IMG/VR virus record: IMGVR_UViG_3300044513_000416
Location: 1-43,138 of that record
DNA length: 43,138 nucleotides
Source: a virus
Lineage: Duplodnaviria > Caudoviricetes
Strand: one strand, 5' to 3'
This document shows positions 25,624 through 34,326 of the stretch, piece after piece. The notes beneath the pieces were generated by a model, which saw only the letters and a program-made list of their open reading frames with translations, was not told the DNA's origin and made no database searches. Within the stretch, counting starts at the first letter, position 1. Each line of letters starts with the position of its first letter. The position numbers were made by a program, and so were the translations under genes.

Positions 25624-28103
25624 CCAAATAAATCCTCAAGTGTAGCTACAGGCTTTGTATTCCAACCAAGTCCTTTAGCAATAGTATTAAGGGGTTCTGT
25701 AAATGCTTTATCAAAAATTAATTCATAATCAACCATATCATGTAAATTAAATTCCTTAGGCAATTTACTAGAAAATGCTATAGTATTTTCACCTATCATA
25801 TTAGGCTCTTTTAAATACAAAAATTTAACCTTATCCCCATCTTGTATTTTTTCGTATTTATTACCTAACTTATTCTGTTTAATCATATGATTATATAACA
25901 GAGCTCCTCTAACATGAATAGGAGTTCCTTTATTGTATATGTCTGCGACTGAAGTATATTTTTCTAAATTGTTACACCCTCGAGGAAATGCTATTTCCTC
26001 TGGACTCATTGTTTTAAACTCTTCCCAAGTTTTAGCAACAAAGGCCTGTAATTGTTTTTCATCCTCAACTAAGCAAAGCCTTACTGCCTCTCTCAGGCTT
26101 TTTCTAACAGGAGCAGGAGTAGAACTTCTTACAATTTCTAAACCCATAACTTTAAGTTTAGGTTCTGTATATCTTACACCTTCGTTATCATAAACATTAA
26201 GTGCATATCTTTTCTTCGCAACCCAGATACCTCTATCAGCAATTGCCTCACGTTTAAAGAATATTTTTTCCTCAAAGGCATTTGTATATTCCGCAAGTTT
26301 GTGCATTGCTTTATTAATTGCCTTCTCAATTTTCTCCTCACCTATTTTATCTAAGTTATCTATAATTTTATCTTTAGGCAATTTACTAAAAAACTTTTGA
26401 ACAAGTTTGTCCATTGTAATATAGCAGGAGTCTGTGTCTGAATAAAAACTATACATTTCATCTTGTGTATCGCATATTTTATTTAGATACTCATCAAGTG
26501 CCTTGGCAGTTTCCCTGATGATGAACTGACCTGTCATTGTAATACCTTCTGCTATTCTATCGTCATAGAAGCGAAAGTATTCGTTTGCCAAGGCACCGAA
26601 TAAACTATTAAGTTGAATTTTTCTAGCCATCTGAAAATTGTTAAATTTAGCAATGTTATTCAGATGTTTATCATCTTTGTCTTGTTCGTGTGCCTTTTGT
26701 GCCTGTTGCATCAATTTCTTATATCGTTGTCTATCATCAAAAAACTTTTCTACTATCTCAGGAAACAATCCTTGTTTTTCTTTTGTAAATTGTTGCCCAT
26801 TAGCTGCCATAGCATACTTGCCAACTTTTACTGTTTTATCTAATAATCCTTCTACTGTGCTATCTAACATACCTGTAACTAAAGTATCTGGACTCATATT
26901 ATATTGCATAATAATACTAGGATATAGACTTGTGGCATCGAAGGACATTACCCAATCATATTGTCCTGGCATTGGTTCTTGAACATAGGCACCTTCAATA
27001 CGTCTACCTTGTGTTGTTTTACGTTGAGGTATCATTATGTTTTTATCTAACAAATGATTATATAATAAACAATCCCATGTTCTTACAGCTGAGAATATAT
27101 CATTAAAGTTTGCCTTAGCATCATAGGTCATTGTAGCAATCAGTTCAATAAGTTTCATCTTATCTTCCAATTCATCTACAAGTTTTGTATCTATAATGTT
27201 GTAGTCAATAAATCTATTCCAGTCATTTTCATAAAACTCTTTAAATGTATCAAAGCCACTTTCTAATTTATTTTTACCTAGTTCTACTTCTGCAATATAA
27301 TCTAATTTGTAGGATTCTTGTGCTGTGTAAGTAAACTTTCTATATAAGTCTAAATAGTCTAATTGTGAAACCCCCTTGATATCATATGCTAAGAGCTCCT
27401 TATTATTCATTCTAACATTTCTTTTTCTAGTCATGCCAAACGGACTTAGGGTATTCTTAGCATCATTGCCAAATACTTTATCAATACGAGAAACAAGATA
27501 AGGAATATCAAATAGTGTGGAGTTCCAACCTGTGATAATGTCTGGGTATTCATCAACCCACCATTGCATAAACTTTTCTAGTAAATCATGTTCATCATCA
27601 CATACGGTATAATTTACATTTAAGTTTACAGTTTCTTTACCGGGCTTCCATTCTCCGGAGCCCCATGTAAAGATTTCTTTAGTGTGATTATTCATTACAG
27701 TAATAAGCAACACTTCATCGGTTGGATTCTCCACACTCGGGAATCCGGAGTCGGCTCTAGTCTCAATATCAATGGACCAAATGCCTAACTTTGTTAGGTC
27801 AAAGTCAATTTCTCCGGGATAGATTGTGGACAGATATTGATAAGTCATATCTGTTTGTCCGTATATGGGATAGTTATCTATGCCCTTATATTTTTCTAAG
27901 AACTCTTTTGCATCTGTGCAATTTTTAAATCTTACAGGCTTTATTTCCTCACCATACAAACCTTTAAATTTTGAAGGTTCATTAGAACGAACATAAAGGG
28001 TAGGTGTAAAGGCATGCTTTTCAATAAACTTTTCTCCTTCACGTATTCCGCGAACAAGAACTTTATTGCCGTATTGCCAAGCATAAGAATAAAAATCACT
28101 CAT
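25620..28103 (-). CDS. gp43: T4 gp43-like family B DNA polymerase
   Basis: DIET, GWN...FD, FDATSLYPS, KIQLNSLFG, SDTDS and KKRY. Confidence 0.98.
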   Translation of the reverse strand: MSDFYSYAWQYGNKVLVRGIREGEKFIEKHAFTPTLYVRSNEPSKFKGLYGEEIKPVRFKNCTDAKEFLEKYKGIDNYPIYGQTDMTYQYLSTIYPGEIDFDLTKLGIWSIDIETRADSGFPSVENPTDEVLLITVMNNHTKEIFTWGSGEWKPGKETVNLNVNYTVCDDEHDLLEKFMQWWVDEYPDIITGWNSTLFDIPYLVSRIDKVFGNDAKNTLSPFGMTRKRNVRMNNKELLAYDIKGVSQLDYLDLYRKFTYTAQESYKLDYIAEVELGKNKLESGFDTFKEFYENDWNRFIDYNIIDTKLVDELEDKMKLIELIATMTYDAKANFNDIFSAVRTWDCLLYNHLLDKNIMIPQRKTTQGRRIEGAYVQEPMPGQYDWVMSFDATSLYPSIIMQYNMSPDTLVTGMLDSTVEGLLDKTVKVGKYAMAANGQQFTKEKQGLFPEIVEKFFDDRQRYKKLMQQAQKAHEQDKDDKHLNNIAKFNNFQMARKIQLNSLFGALANEYFRFYDDRIAEGITMTGQFIIRETAKALDEYLNKICDTQDEMYSFYSDTDSCYITMDKLVQKFFSKLPKDKIIDNLDKIGEEKIEKAINKAMHKLAEYTNAFEEKIFFKREAIADRGIWVAKKRYALNVYDNEGVRYTEPKLKVMGLEIVRSSTPAPVRKSLREAVRLCLVEDEKQLQAFVAKTWEEFKTMSPEEIAFPRGCNNLEKYTSVADIYNKGTPIHVRGALLYNHMIKQNKLGNKYEKIQDGDKVKFLYLKEPNMIGENTIAFSSKLPKEFNLHDMVDYELIFDKAFTEPLNTIAKGLGWNTKPVATLEDLFG

Positions 28104-28109
28104 AGCCTA

Positions 28110-28138
28110 ATTATATAGACAAAAGTCGTAGAAGTCAA
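28110..28138 (-). promoter_or_regulatory. sigma70-type promoter of gp43
   Basis: TTGACT-N17-TATAAT, 6 nt from ATG 28103. Confidence 0.9.
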
Positions 28139-28155
28139 GTAGATAGACTACCAAA

Positions 28156-28506
28156 CTATTTAATTGGTTGTATTTTCTTTTCTTGTGGCATTATAACTGA
28201 TGAACCATATACTCTATTGTATTCATCAATTAAATTTCCTACAGGTGACATAATTGCAACTACATGATTTGGCATAATGCTAACTAATGACTTTTCAGCA
28301 TAAGGGGCATATGGTGCCAATGCAACGTTGAATTTTCCTTCTTCGGTTGGGTGGGGTTGAATAATAACAACTGCTGGTTTTTCAACTTGAATAAGTTGTC
28401 TACCTTCAATTTCTAAATCACTAACTTTGCCCAGAAGTTCTTCTCCTGAGGAAAGTTTAACAATCTGTAATTGAGATGGTTGTTTGGTTTCTACTTTTTT
28501 ACTCAT
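28156..28506 (-). CDS. Conserved hypothetical protein (Sm-like pattern)
   Basis: IVKLSSGEELLG...P...PY...Y...GS pattern, common in T4-like phages. Confidence 0.75.
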   Translation of the reverse strand: MSKKVETKQPSQLQIVKLSSGEELLGKVSDLEIEGRQLIQVEKPAVVIIQPHPTEEGKFNVALAPYAPYAEKSLVSIMPNHVVAIMSPVGNLIDEYNRVYGSSVIMPQEKKIQPIK

Positions 28507-28523
28507 AATATATTCCTTAAGGT

Positions 28524-28546
28524 GGTGAGGCCTTTATGACCTCACC
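28524..28546 (-). other. Intergenic stem-loop
   Basis: GGTGAGGTC-ATAAA-GGCCTCACC directly after an AATAAATA late-promoter variant (28549-28556). No U-tract. Confidence 0.65.
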
Positions 28547-28597
28547 TATATTTATTAACAATTACTGCTAAAGTGTTGTTTGACTTTAACCGTTTTA

Positions 28598-29212
28598 TTA
28601 ACTAAGTTCTAAATTATAAACGAATAATCCGTGATTGTTAAAGTAATTATCCATTACAAATAACATGGCATGAAAAATTACTGCTGGGTCAAAAGCATTA
28701 TCTTTTACTCCTGCTTTGTCAAGTGTTAAGCCTGATTTAATAGGACCTAACTTCATATTACATATTTGTTTGTCTAAGCAAAAGTTATTAAGATTTTCTT
28801 TAGTTCTTCGGTAATGTTTTTGTTCGTCGTCTAAATATATATTTTTAGTTGCGAACAATTCATCGGAATATTGGTCGATTGTGCTGCCTATATTAATTAG
28901 CAATACTTTATCGTTACCCGTGCGAAACATTTTAAAAGTGTCCCAGTCTGAATAATGTCTACCATACAAGTCCATTAGCATATGCATTTGGGCATCGTCC
29001 CATCCATCAAAGTTGTAAGCGTTGTTAATTATAACATCACACTCACTAGACTCTTTTACAATGGTTTGTCTGTCCTCTGCATCTGAAATATCATATCCTG
29101 AACTTTTAGAAAACCCAATAACATCGTTACTAAGGTTCTGTAAACTTTCAAATACAAGTTTGCCGAAACCTCTTGTATGTCCTATGACTGCTATCTTTTT
29201 ATTCGTTATCAT
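28598..29212 (-). CDS. Short-chain dehydrogenase/reductase-like protein
   Basis: GHTRGFG, INNA, NIGS and YRRTK (YxxxK). Confidence 0.85.
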   Translation of the reverse strand: MITNKKIAVIGHTRGFGKLVFESLQNLSNDVIGFSKSSGYDISDAEDRQTIVKESSECDVIINNAYNFDGWDDAQMHMLMDLYGRHYSDWDTFKMFRTGNDKVLLINIGSTIDQYSDELFATKNIYLDDEQKHYRRTKENLNNFCLDKQICNMKLGPIKSGLTLDKAGVKDNAFDPAVIFHAMLFVMDNYFNNHGLFVYNLELS

Positions 29213-29218
29213 TTAGTT

Positions 29219-29656
29219 CTATTTTATTTTTACCGTTCTTGGTTTTTTCTCTTCCGGAATAATTCTTTCCAATGGAATTACTAGCATCCCATTCTTTAGG
29301 GAAGCCTCACCAACTACGACATCATCTGCTAATGCAAAACTTCGTGTAAAGTTTCTATTGGCAATGCCCTTGTGATAAAACTCTTTACTCTCATTATTAG
29401 TTTCTGCACTAACAACAAGTTGATTATCCTCGGGTTTATGCTCAATAGTCAAATCAGATTTATCAAAGCCAGCCACAGCTAACTCAATCACAAATTTTTC
29501 ATCTGATTCTTTAATGATGTTATATGGTGGATATCCAGTGCTTGGCGCAATTTGTCTTAAATTGTGAAATGCTCGGTCGAACCCGACACTGAACGGTGAA
29601 ATTTCGTCTAATAGTTTTTGCATATCAGACGCAATATAGGTTTTAATGCTATTCAT
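29219..29656 (-). CDS. hsp20: Small heat-shock protein (IbpA-like)
   Basis: YPPYNI, ELAVAGF, GIANRNF, NGML and PEEKKPR. Confidence 0.96.
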   Translation of the reverse strand: MNSIKTYIASDMQKLLDEISPFSVGFDRAFHNLRQIAPSTGYPPYNIIKESDEKFVIELAVAGFDKSDLTIEHKPEDNQLVVSAETNNESKEFYHKGIANRNFTRSFALADDVVVGEASLKNGMLVIPLERIIPEEKKPRTVKIK

Positions 29657-29726
29657 ATTTTTCTCCTTTTAAATAAGCAAGTTAATAATATACCAACCCT
29701 TTCGGCGTCAGTATACTTTATTTATA
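29657..29726 (-). promoter_or_regulatory. Late promoter plus ROSE-like two-hairpin leader of hsp20
   Basis: TATAAATA (29719-29726), a GAAA-tetraloop hairpin (29689-29715), and CTTGCTT...AAGGAG pairing over the SD (29663-29681). Confidence 0.7.
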
Positions 29727-29760
29727 ATGTTTCTTTTTTAAATTTCAAGCTTTTTGGTCA

Positions 29761-30525
29761 TCAAATACGTATTAATTTAATTAACCAACTGCCTAAATCA
29801 AAGTTACTCCAAATAACTTCTCTAGGATTTTTGTGATGTCTTGTATGTAAGCCCTCACCAAATGCTACTACGTTTAGCCAGCCGTCTTCGTGGGTGTTAC
29901 CGCCTCTATGAGAATATGAGGCAATAAGTGCCATCGCAAATTTTGAAAGTCCGGCTGCTACCAAATATATTAAAGCCCACATAGGATTTATTAATGCTAA
30001 TAGTGTAATAAAGCCATAGATAATTAACAAATAATTATTAAATTGGAATCTGTAAAGTGGATTTTGCATTTCTTTTTTACAATACATCAATACTCTTTTC
30101 GTAAGTTGACGTTTACTATCTCCTGCCATAAGTAATGCTGTATTAAATAAACAGTTCCATATACCAGCATATTCAGGTGAATGGGTGTCCTCGGGTTTGT
30201 CGGCGTATCTGTGATGATTTAAATGAGCACTCTTCCAAAAAATTGCTGAGGAGTTTAGTGCAAATCCACCTAAGAATAAAAGTATATATTCTATTGATTT
30301 GTGAGTTTCAAACCCACGGTGTGTTATAAGTCTATGATAGCCAACTGTAGAACCTAGTTGTAATAAAACGTAAACAAAAAGGACTGCTAGCCAATGTTGC
30401 CAGCTACCTAAAATTGCTAATGGGATAATGCATGCCAGACTAACATAATGTAGTGTATTGAGTTGAATAGCTTCAGTTTGCCTTAGTCTTTCTTTCCAAT
30501 GTTGTATTTTGTTACTAATTCCCAT
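29761..30525 (-). CDS. Membrane fatty-acid desaturase (delta-9-like)
   Basis: His boxes HRLITH, HLNHH and HTRHH, plus GEGLH and TM segments. Confidence 0.9.
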   Translation of the reverse strand: MGISNKIQHWKERLRQTEAIQLNTLHYVSLACIIPLAILGSWQHWLAVLFVYVLLQLGSTVGYHRLITHRGFETHKSIEYILLFLGGFALNSSAIFWKSAHLNHHRYADKPEDTHSPEYAGIWNCLFNTALLMAGDSKRQLTKRVLMYCKKEMQNPLYRFQFNNYLLIIYGFITLLALINPMWALIYLVAAGLSKFAMALIASYSHRGGNTHEDGWLNVVAFGEGLHTRHHKNPREVIWSNFDLGSWLIKLIRI

Positions 30526-30899
30526 TCCCCTTTCTCTTTATATGGTAGGATTTTAACCTGAGTTAGTGGACATCTATCCTCAAATTTTTCAGGTTCTAGA
30601 ATAGATAGAAGTTTCCATTGCTGTAATAAATCAGCAATCGTATTACGTCTCTGGATATCCAAATCTTCAAAGTCGGCTGGTTTGCCGTCTAATGCAAAAA
30701 GTTCTTTGAAGTGGACAATGAAGTATCTGCTCTGCTTATGTAGTATATGACAAGACTGATACAAAACTTTATCCTTCTTAGAAGCAACTCCAATCCTAGA
30801 CAAAGTTTCTCTTATCTTTAGGAAATCATCTGCATTATGTAATTTGATTTCTAATGGACTATAACCAGGGTAATCAATTTTAAAAAAATCTTCACTCAT
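30483..30899 (-). CDS. regA: RegA translational repressor
   Basis: DDFLKIRETLSRIG, LYQSCHILHKQ, HFKELF and RRNTIA. Confidence 0.97.
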   Translation of the reverse strand: MSEDFFKIDYPGYSPLEIKLHNADDFLKIRETLSRIGVASKKDKVLYQSCHILHKQSRYFIVHFKELFALDGKPADFEDLDIQRRNTIADLLQQWKLLSILEPEKFEDRCPLTQVKILPYKEKGEWELVTKYNIGKKD

Positions 30900-30920
30900 A
30901 GGTATATTCTTGTATAAGAA

Positions 30921-30928
30921 TATTTATA
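30921..30928 (-). promoter_or_regulatory. T4 late promoter TATAAATA upstream of regA
   Basis: Exact intergenic motif followed by the inverted repeat TATTCTT-ATAC-AAGAATA. Confidence 0.75.
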
Positions 30929-30934
30929 AGTTTC

Positions 30935-31387
30935 TTACTTTCCGCCCTTGTTAAGTCTTTTTTCTATACCTGCAAATTCTTCATCTGTAAGCAGTCTGAG
31001 AGCCTCGGCTGCTTTAGTATTGTTATAGCCATAATATTCTTTTAAGATTGCTAACTTTTCTTCTCTTTCGGGCTTTAGCCATTTGTTATATCTTTTTCTT
31101 TTAGATACTATACCGAGTAAAAAGTCATATTGCATCTTTTTATCTAAATGCGGACGTGAATTTACTTCGTTACCTGCAATAACTGTATCAGGCCCATAAC
31201 TTAGAGCCTTGTTTACTATGTAAGGGTTGTATTGTTTTTCTGACCACTCATCAACAATTAAATTTTCTTTAGTAAAGTTAATGCTATTGGCAAAATCAAA
31301 AGGACTTATTGCTTTTTTCTTTTCTACAAATTCTGACGGGTCTACGCCAATAACAGCGTCACCAAAGCCATCTAGAATACCTGTCAT
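30935..31387 (-). CDS. gp62: Clamp loader small subunit
   Basis: YNPYIVNKALS, MQYDF, KRKRYNKW and YYGY...KA, located before regA. Confidence 0.93.
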   Translation of the reverse strand: MTGILDGFGDAVIGVDPSEFVEKKKAISPFDFANSINFTKENLIVDEWSEKQYNPYIVNKALSYGPDTVIAGNEVNSRPHLDKKMQYDFLLGIVSKRKRYNKWLKPEREEKLAILKEYYGYNNTKAAEALRLLTDEEFAGIEKRLNKGGK

Positions 31388-32028
31388 AGTGCAAAGTTAA
31401 AGTTAATAGTCGTTATGTTATCACTAATAGGGTCTTCAGTATAAACATTACCTAGTGATAACTTTAATTTTTCTGTTAGTTGATAATTAAAATATGTTTC
31501 GTTTCTCACGTATTCTACATCTCCACTTTCAATTAAATACTTATTTGTAAAACTTACTTTGTCTGCAACTTTGTAAAAGAACCATAGGCTGTTTCTCAAT
31601 ATAAATTCATTGCCTATATCTGTATTTAGATTAGCTATTGAGATTTCCCACGATGCTTTTGTTGTGGGTGTTCTTAGTAACTTAATACCATGCCCTAAAC
31701 CTGCAACAATTCTTTCCTCGTTGTCTCTGTATCTATCAAAGTTATAACCGCCCACAGCAAATATATAATGTGTGGTGCCTTCCCATCTTGTGCCTGAAAA
31801 ATCAAAGATAAGTTTTCCATTTAGTAAACCCTCATTGTTCATTTTATCAGAATAAAAGAAGTTAGATTCAATTTCTCTCTGCCAGCCATTTGCTTCTTGC
31901 TTTGAATCAAGAGCAAAGTTTAGGTCTAACATTTCATCTTTAATCATAGCACCCAATTTAATAGATGTATCTGCCATGACGTTACCACATAAAAATAGTG
32001 ATATAATTATTTTACTTAAATTCAACAT
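31384..32028 (-). CDS. Outer-membrane beta-barrel protein (DUF481/YdiY-like)
   Basis: Signal-peptide-like N-terminus, alternating amphipathic strands, YNFDRY...GLGHG, and C-terminal TINFNFAL strand. Confidence 0.7.
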   Translation of the reverse strand: MLNLSKIIISLFLCGNVMADTSIKLGAMIKDEMLDLNFALDSKQEANGWQREIESNFFYSDKMNNEGLLNGKLIFDFSGTRWEGTTHYIFAVGGYNFDRYRDNEERIVAGLGHGIKLLRTPTTKASWEISIANLNTDIGNEFILRNSLWFFYKVADKVSFTNKYLIESGDVEYVRNETYFNYQLTEKLKLSLGNVYTEDPISDNITTINFNFAL

Positions 32029-32947
32029 TTGCCATAATCTCCGTTAAACAAGCAGTTAGGTTTATTTCCTGGTCGGCAACAAAACTGCTCTTATATTGAT
32101 AGTCCGCAATAATTAAAACTAACTGCGGAACCTGTTTTACTTTTTCCATTAAAGTATCATATACTTTTCTATAAATTTGTTGAGGGTCTGACTCTACATT
32201 ATTCGCAACCCATTGTCGCATTTTCTTAAAGTCTTTATCCTTAATTGAATCTACTAAAGCCTTTGTATTTATTTCAGATAGGTTACTTAATATACCCTCA
32301 TCAATAACACCTGAGGAGCCATATCTTTGTAATTCATTAATTACTCTCCTATAATCAGGAAAGTGTTTCATTAGAAGTTCTGCTAGGACTTTCTCAGAAT
32401 ATGTAACTTTGTTATCATCTAAAATATGACACATTCTTTTTAAGAACTTAGATGCCATCTTGGCTTTTTGCCCATTAACTAATTTAAAGTCAATTACAGT
32501 TGTTCTACTGTGCAGAGGTTGTATAATTCTATTTTTAAAATTACAAGTAAATATAAACCTACAGTTTTTACTAAATTCCTCAATAAATGCCCTAAGTGCA
32601 GGTTGTGTAGAATTAGGATTTAAGTAATCTGCCTCATCTAATATTACAACTTTAGGTTTACCTTCAAAACTTACAGTAGATGCAAAGTTTTTAATCTTAG
32701 TCCTTAGCACATCGATACCGGACTCTTCGGAACCATTAATTATAATACTATCACAGCCTAATTCGTTACAAAGAGCGCGTGCTATGGTTGTCTTACCTGT
32801 GCCAGCTGTGCCACATAATAACATATTTGGAATTTCTCCTGCCTTAACAAAGTCTCTAAAAACTTTAAGTTTTTCATCTGGCAAAATACATTCATCTAAA
32901 GTCTTGGGCCTATATCTTTCGACCCATAAAAATTCTTGATTGTCCAT
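32012..32947 (-). CDS. gp44: Clamp loader AAA+ subunit
   Basis: WVERYRP, GTAGTGKT, LDEAD, HSR and PDYRR. Confidence 0.97.
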   Translation of the reverse strand: MDNQEFLWVERYRPKTLDECILPDEKLKVFRDFVKAGEIPNMLLCGTAGTGKTTIARALCNELGCDSIIINGSEESGIDVLRTKIKNFASTVSFEGKPKVVILDEADYLNPNSTQPALRAFIEEFSKNCRFIFTCNFKNRIIQPLHSRTTVIDFKLVNGQKAKMASKFLKRMCHILDDNKVTYSEKVLAELLMKHFPDYRRVINELQRYGSSGVIDEGILSNLSEINTKALVDSIKDKDFKKMRQWVANNVESDPQQIYRKVYDTLMEKVKQVPQLVLIIADYQYKSSFVADQEINLTACLTEIMANVEFK

Positions 32948-33019
32948 TATTTTGATTTCCTTACGCGCGCGTATTTTTCTGAGGAAATTTTTTGGGCTCT
33001 TTTTCTATAAAAATCACTT

Positions 33020-33604
33020 CTACTTTTTGGGCCCAAGTTTTTCCTCAACACCTGCACCGTCCTGCAGACTTATTTCTATGTTTCTACCCCAGCCATTTTC
33101 CTTTAACCACTTTAGCACATGGTTAGGACTTGATACATTGTAGGGGTCTTCACTTGCATTATCCTTTAGTCCTTCCTCAACAAACATCTCATGTATGTTC
33201 ATGTCGTTCACTAACATAGCATATCTCCATGACCTTACACCGAAACCGAGGTTATCTTTTTTGACATCCATACCCATGTAAGTTGTCCATATTGCTGAGC
33301 CATCAGGTAACACTTTTACGTTCTTTAACTTTTGGTCTTCCGCCCAAGCATTCATTACAAAGGCATCATTAACAGATAAACAATAAATTTCATCTACGCC
33401 TAACTTGTAAAATTCCTCTGCCAAAGACTCATAGCCTGGTAACTGCTGATTAGAACAAGTGGGTGTAAATGCACCTGGCAGTGCGAACACCAAAACTTTT
33501 TTATTTTGAAAAAGGTTTTGTGTAAGTGTTTCCTTCCACTCACCTAGCTCCCTCAACTTAAAAACAACCTGAGGAATAAATTGAATTTTAGTTCCTTCTG
33601 CCAT
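33020..33604 (-). CDS. Peroxiredoxin (Prx5/Redoxin family)
   Basis: PGAFTPTCS, SVNDAFVM and RSWRY. Start at ATG 33604. Confidence 0.95.
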   Translation of the reverse strand: MAEGTKIQFIPQVVFKLRELGEWKETLTQNLFQNKKVLVFALPGAFTPTCSNQQLPGYESLAEEFYKLGVDEIYCLSVNDAFVMNAWAEDQKLKNVKVLPDGSAIWTTYMGMDVKKDNLGFGVRSWRYAMLVNDMNIHEMFVEEGLKDNASEDPYNVSSPNHVLKWLKENGWGRNIEISLQDGAGVEEKLGPKK

Positions 33605-33605
33605 A

Positions 33606-34268
33606 TTAACCACCAATAACTGAATTGGGCTCCAATGCTAACCAATAGTTAGTATCTTTAGTTGTGCTAGACAAGTGCATAAATTTCTTTTCTGAAATTG
33701 TAACATTATAGTTACCAGGAACAACTTTAAAGTTTTCCACTGCTAGTCTTGCATCAAAAGTTTTATCAGTATCGCCTATCACTTGTCTAAAAGCATTACT
33801 TCTAGGAGTGCTAGGGTCACCGACTGTAAGAACCGCTTTTCCATCTTTGCCAACAACACTTAGCATAGGTGCGCTAACTACGGCAGCTGCCTTCATTATC
33901 ATATCTACTTCTTCCTTAGATAAAACAAAGTCGAAGAATGAATCTACTTCAATTGTTTTGTCAGGTGCAGATACAATTATACTCGGGTCAGCATAAAAGT
34001 ATTCAAACTGCGATGAACCTTTAGACATAGTAATCGACTCGTCGCCTAGTTCTACATCTGTATCTTCCATCAAAGTTAAAAGTGCGAGTAAACTGTTTAA
34101 ATCATAAACAGCAAACTCTTTGTCAAAAGTTTCTGATACCTGAGCCCTTGCAAAAATATTTTTACCTGTGCTAATAGTAGAAAGCATGTTGCCTTCTCTA
34201 ATTAAAATGTTAGTATTAATAGTTGCGAAGTTCTTGAGGACATCAAGAGTTTCTTTAGATATTTTCAT
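33606..34268 (-). CDS. gp45: Sliding clamp
   Basis: MKISKETLDVLKNFATIN, FAVYDLN and YWLALE. Confidence 0.96.
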   Translation of the reverse strand: MKISKETLDVLKNFATINTNILIREGNMLSTISTGKNIFARAQVSETFDKEFAVYDLNSLLALLTLMEDTDVELGDESITMSKGSSQFEYFYADPSIIVSAPDKTIEVDSFFDFVLSKEEVDMIMKAAAVVSAPMLSVVGKDGKAVLTVGDPSTPRSNAFRQVIGDTDKTFDARLAVENFKVVPGNYNVTISEKKFMHLSSTTKDTNYWLALEPNSVIGG

Positions 34269-34297
34269 AATATATTATCTCCAAATAATTTTATAGT

Positions 34298-34326
34298 ATT
34301 ATAAAGGATTGGTATGCCTAAGTCAA
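34298..34326 (-). promoter_or_regulatory. sigma70-type promoter of the gp45 operon
   Basis: TTGACT-N17-TATAAT, with SD GGAG downstream. Confidence 0.9.

Noticed and set aside
1290-28103. Introns or inteins in nrdA, nrdB, gp41, uvsX and gp43
   Set aside because: All are uninterrupted, of normal or compact length, and show no splicing motifs.
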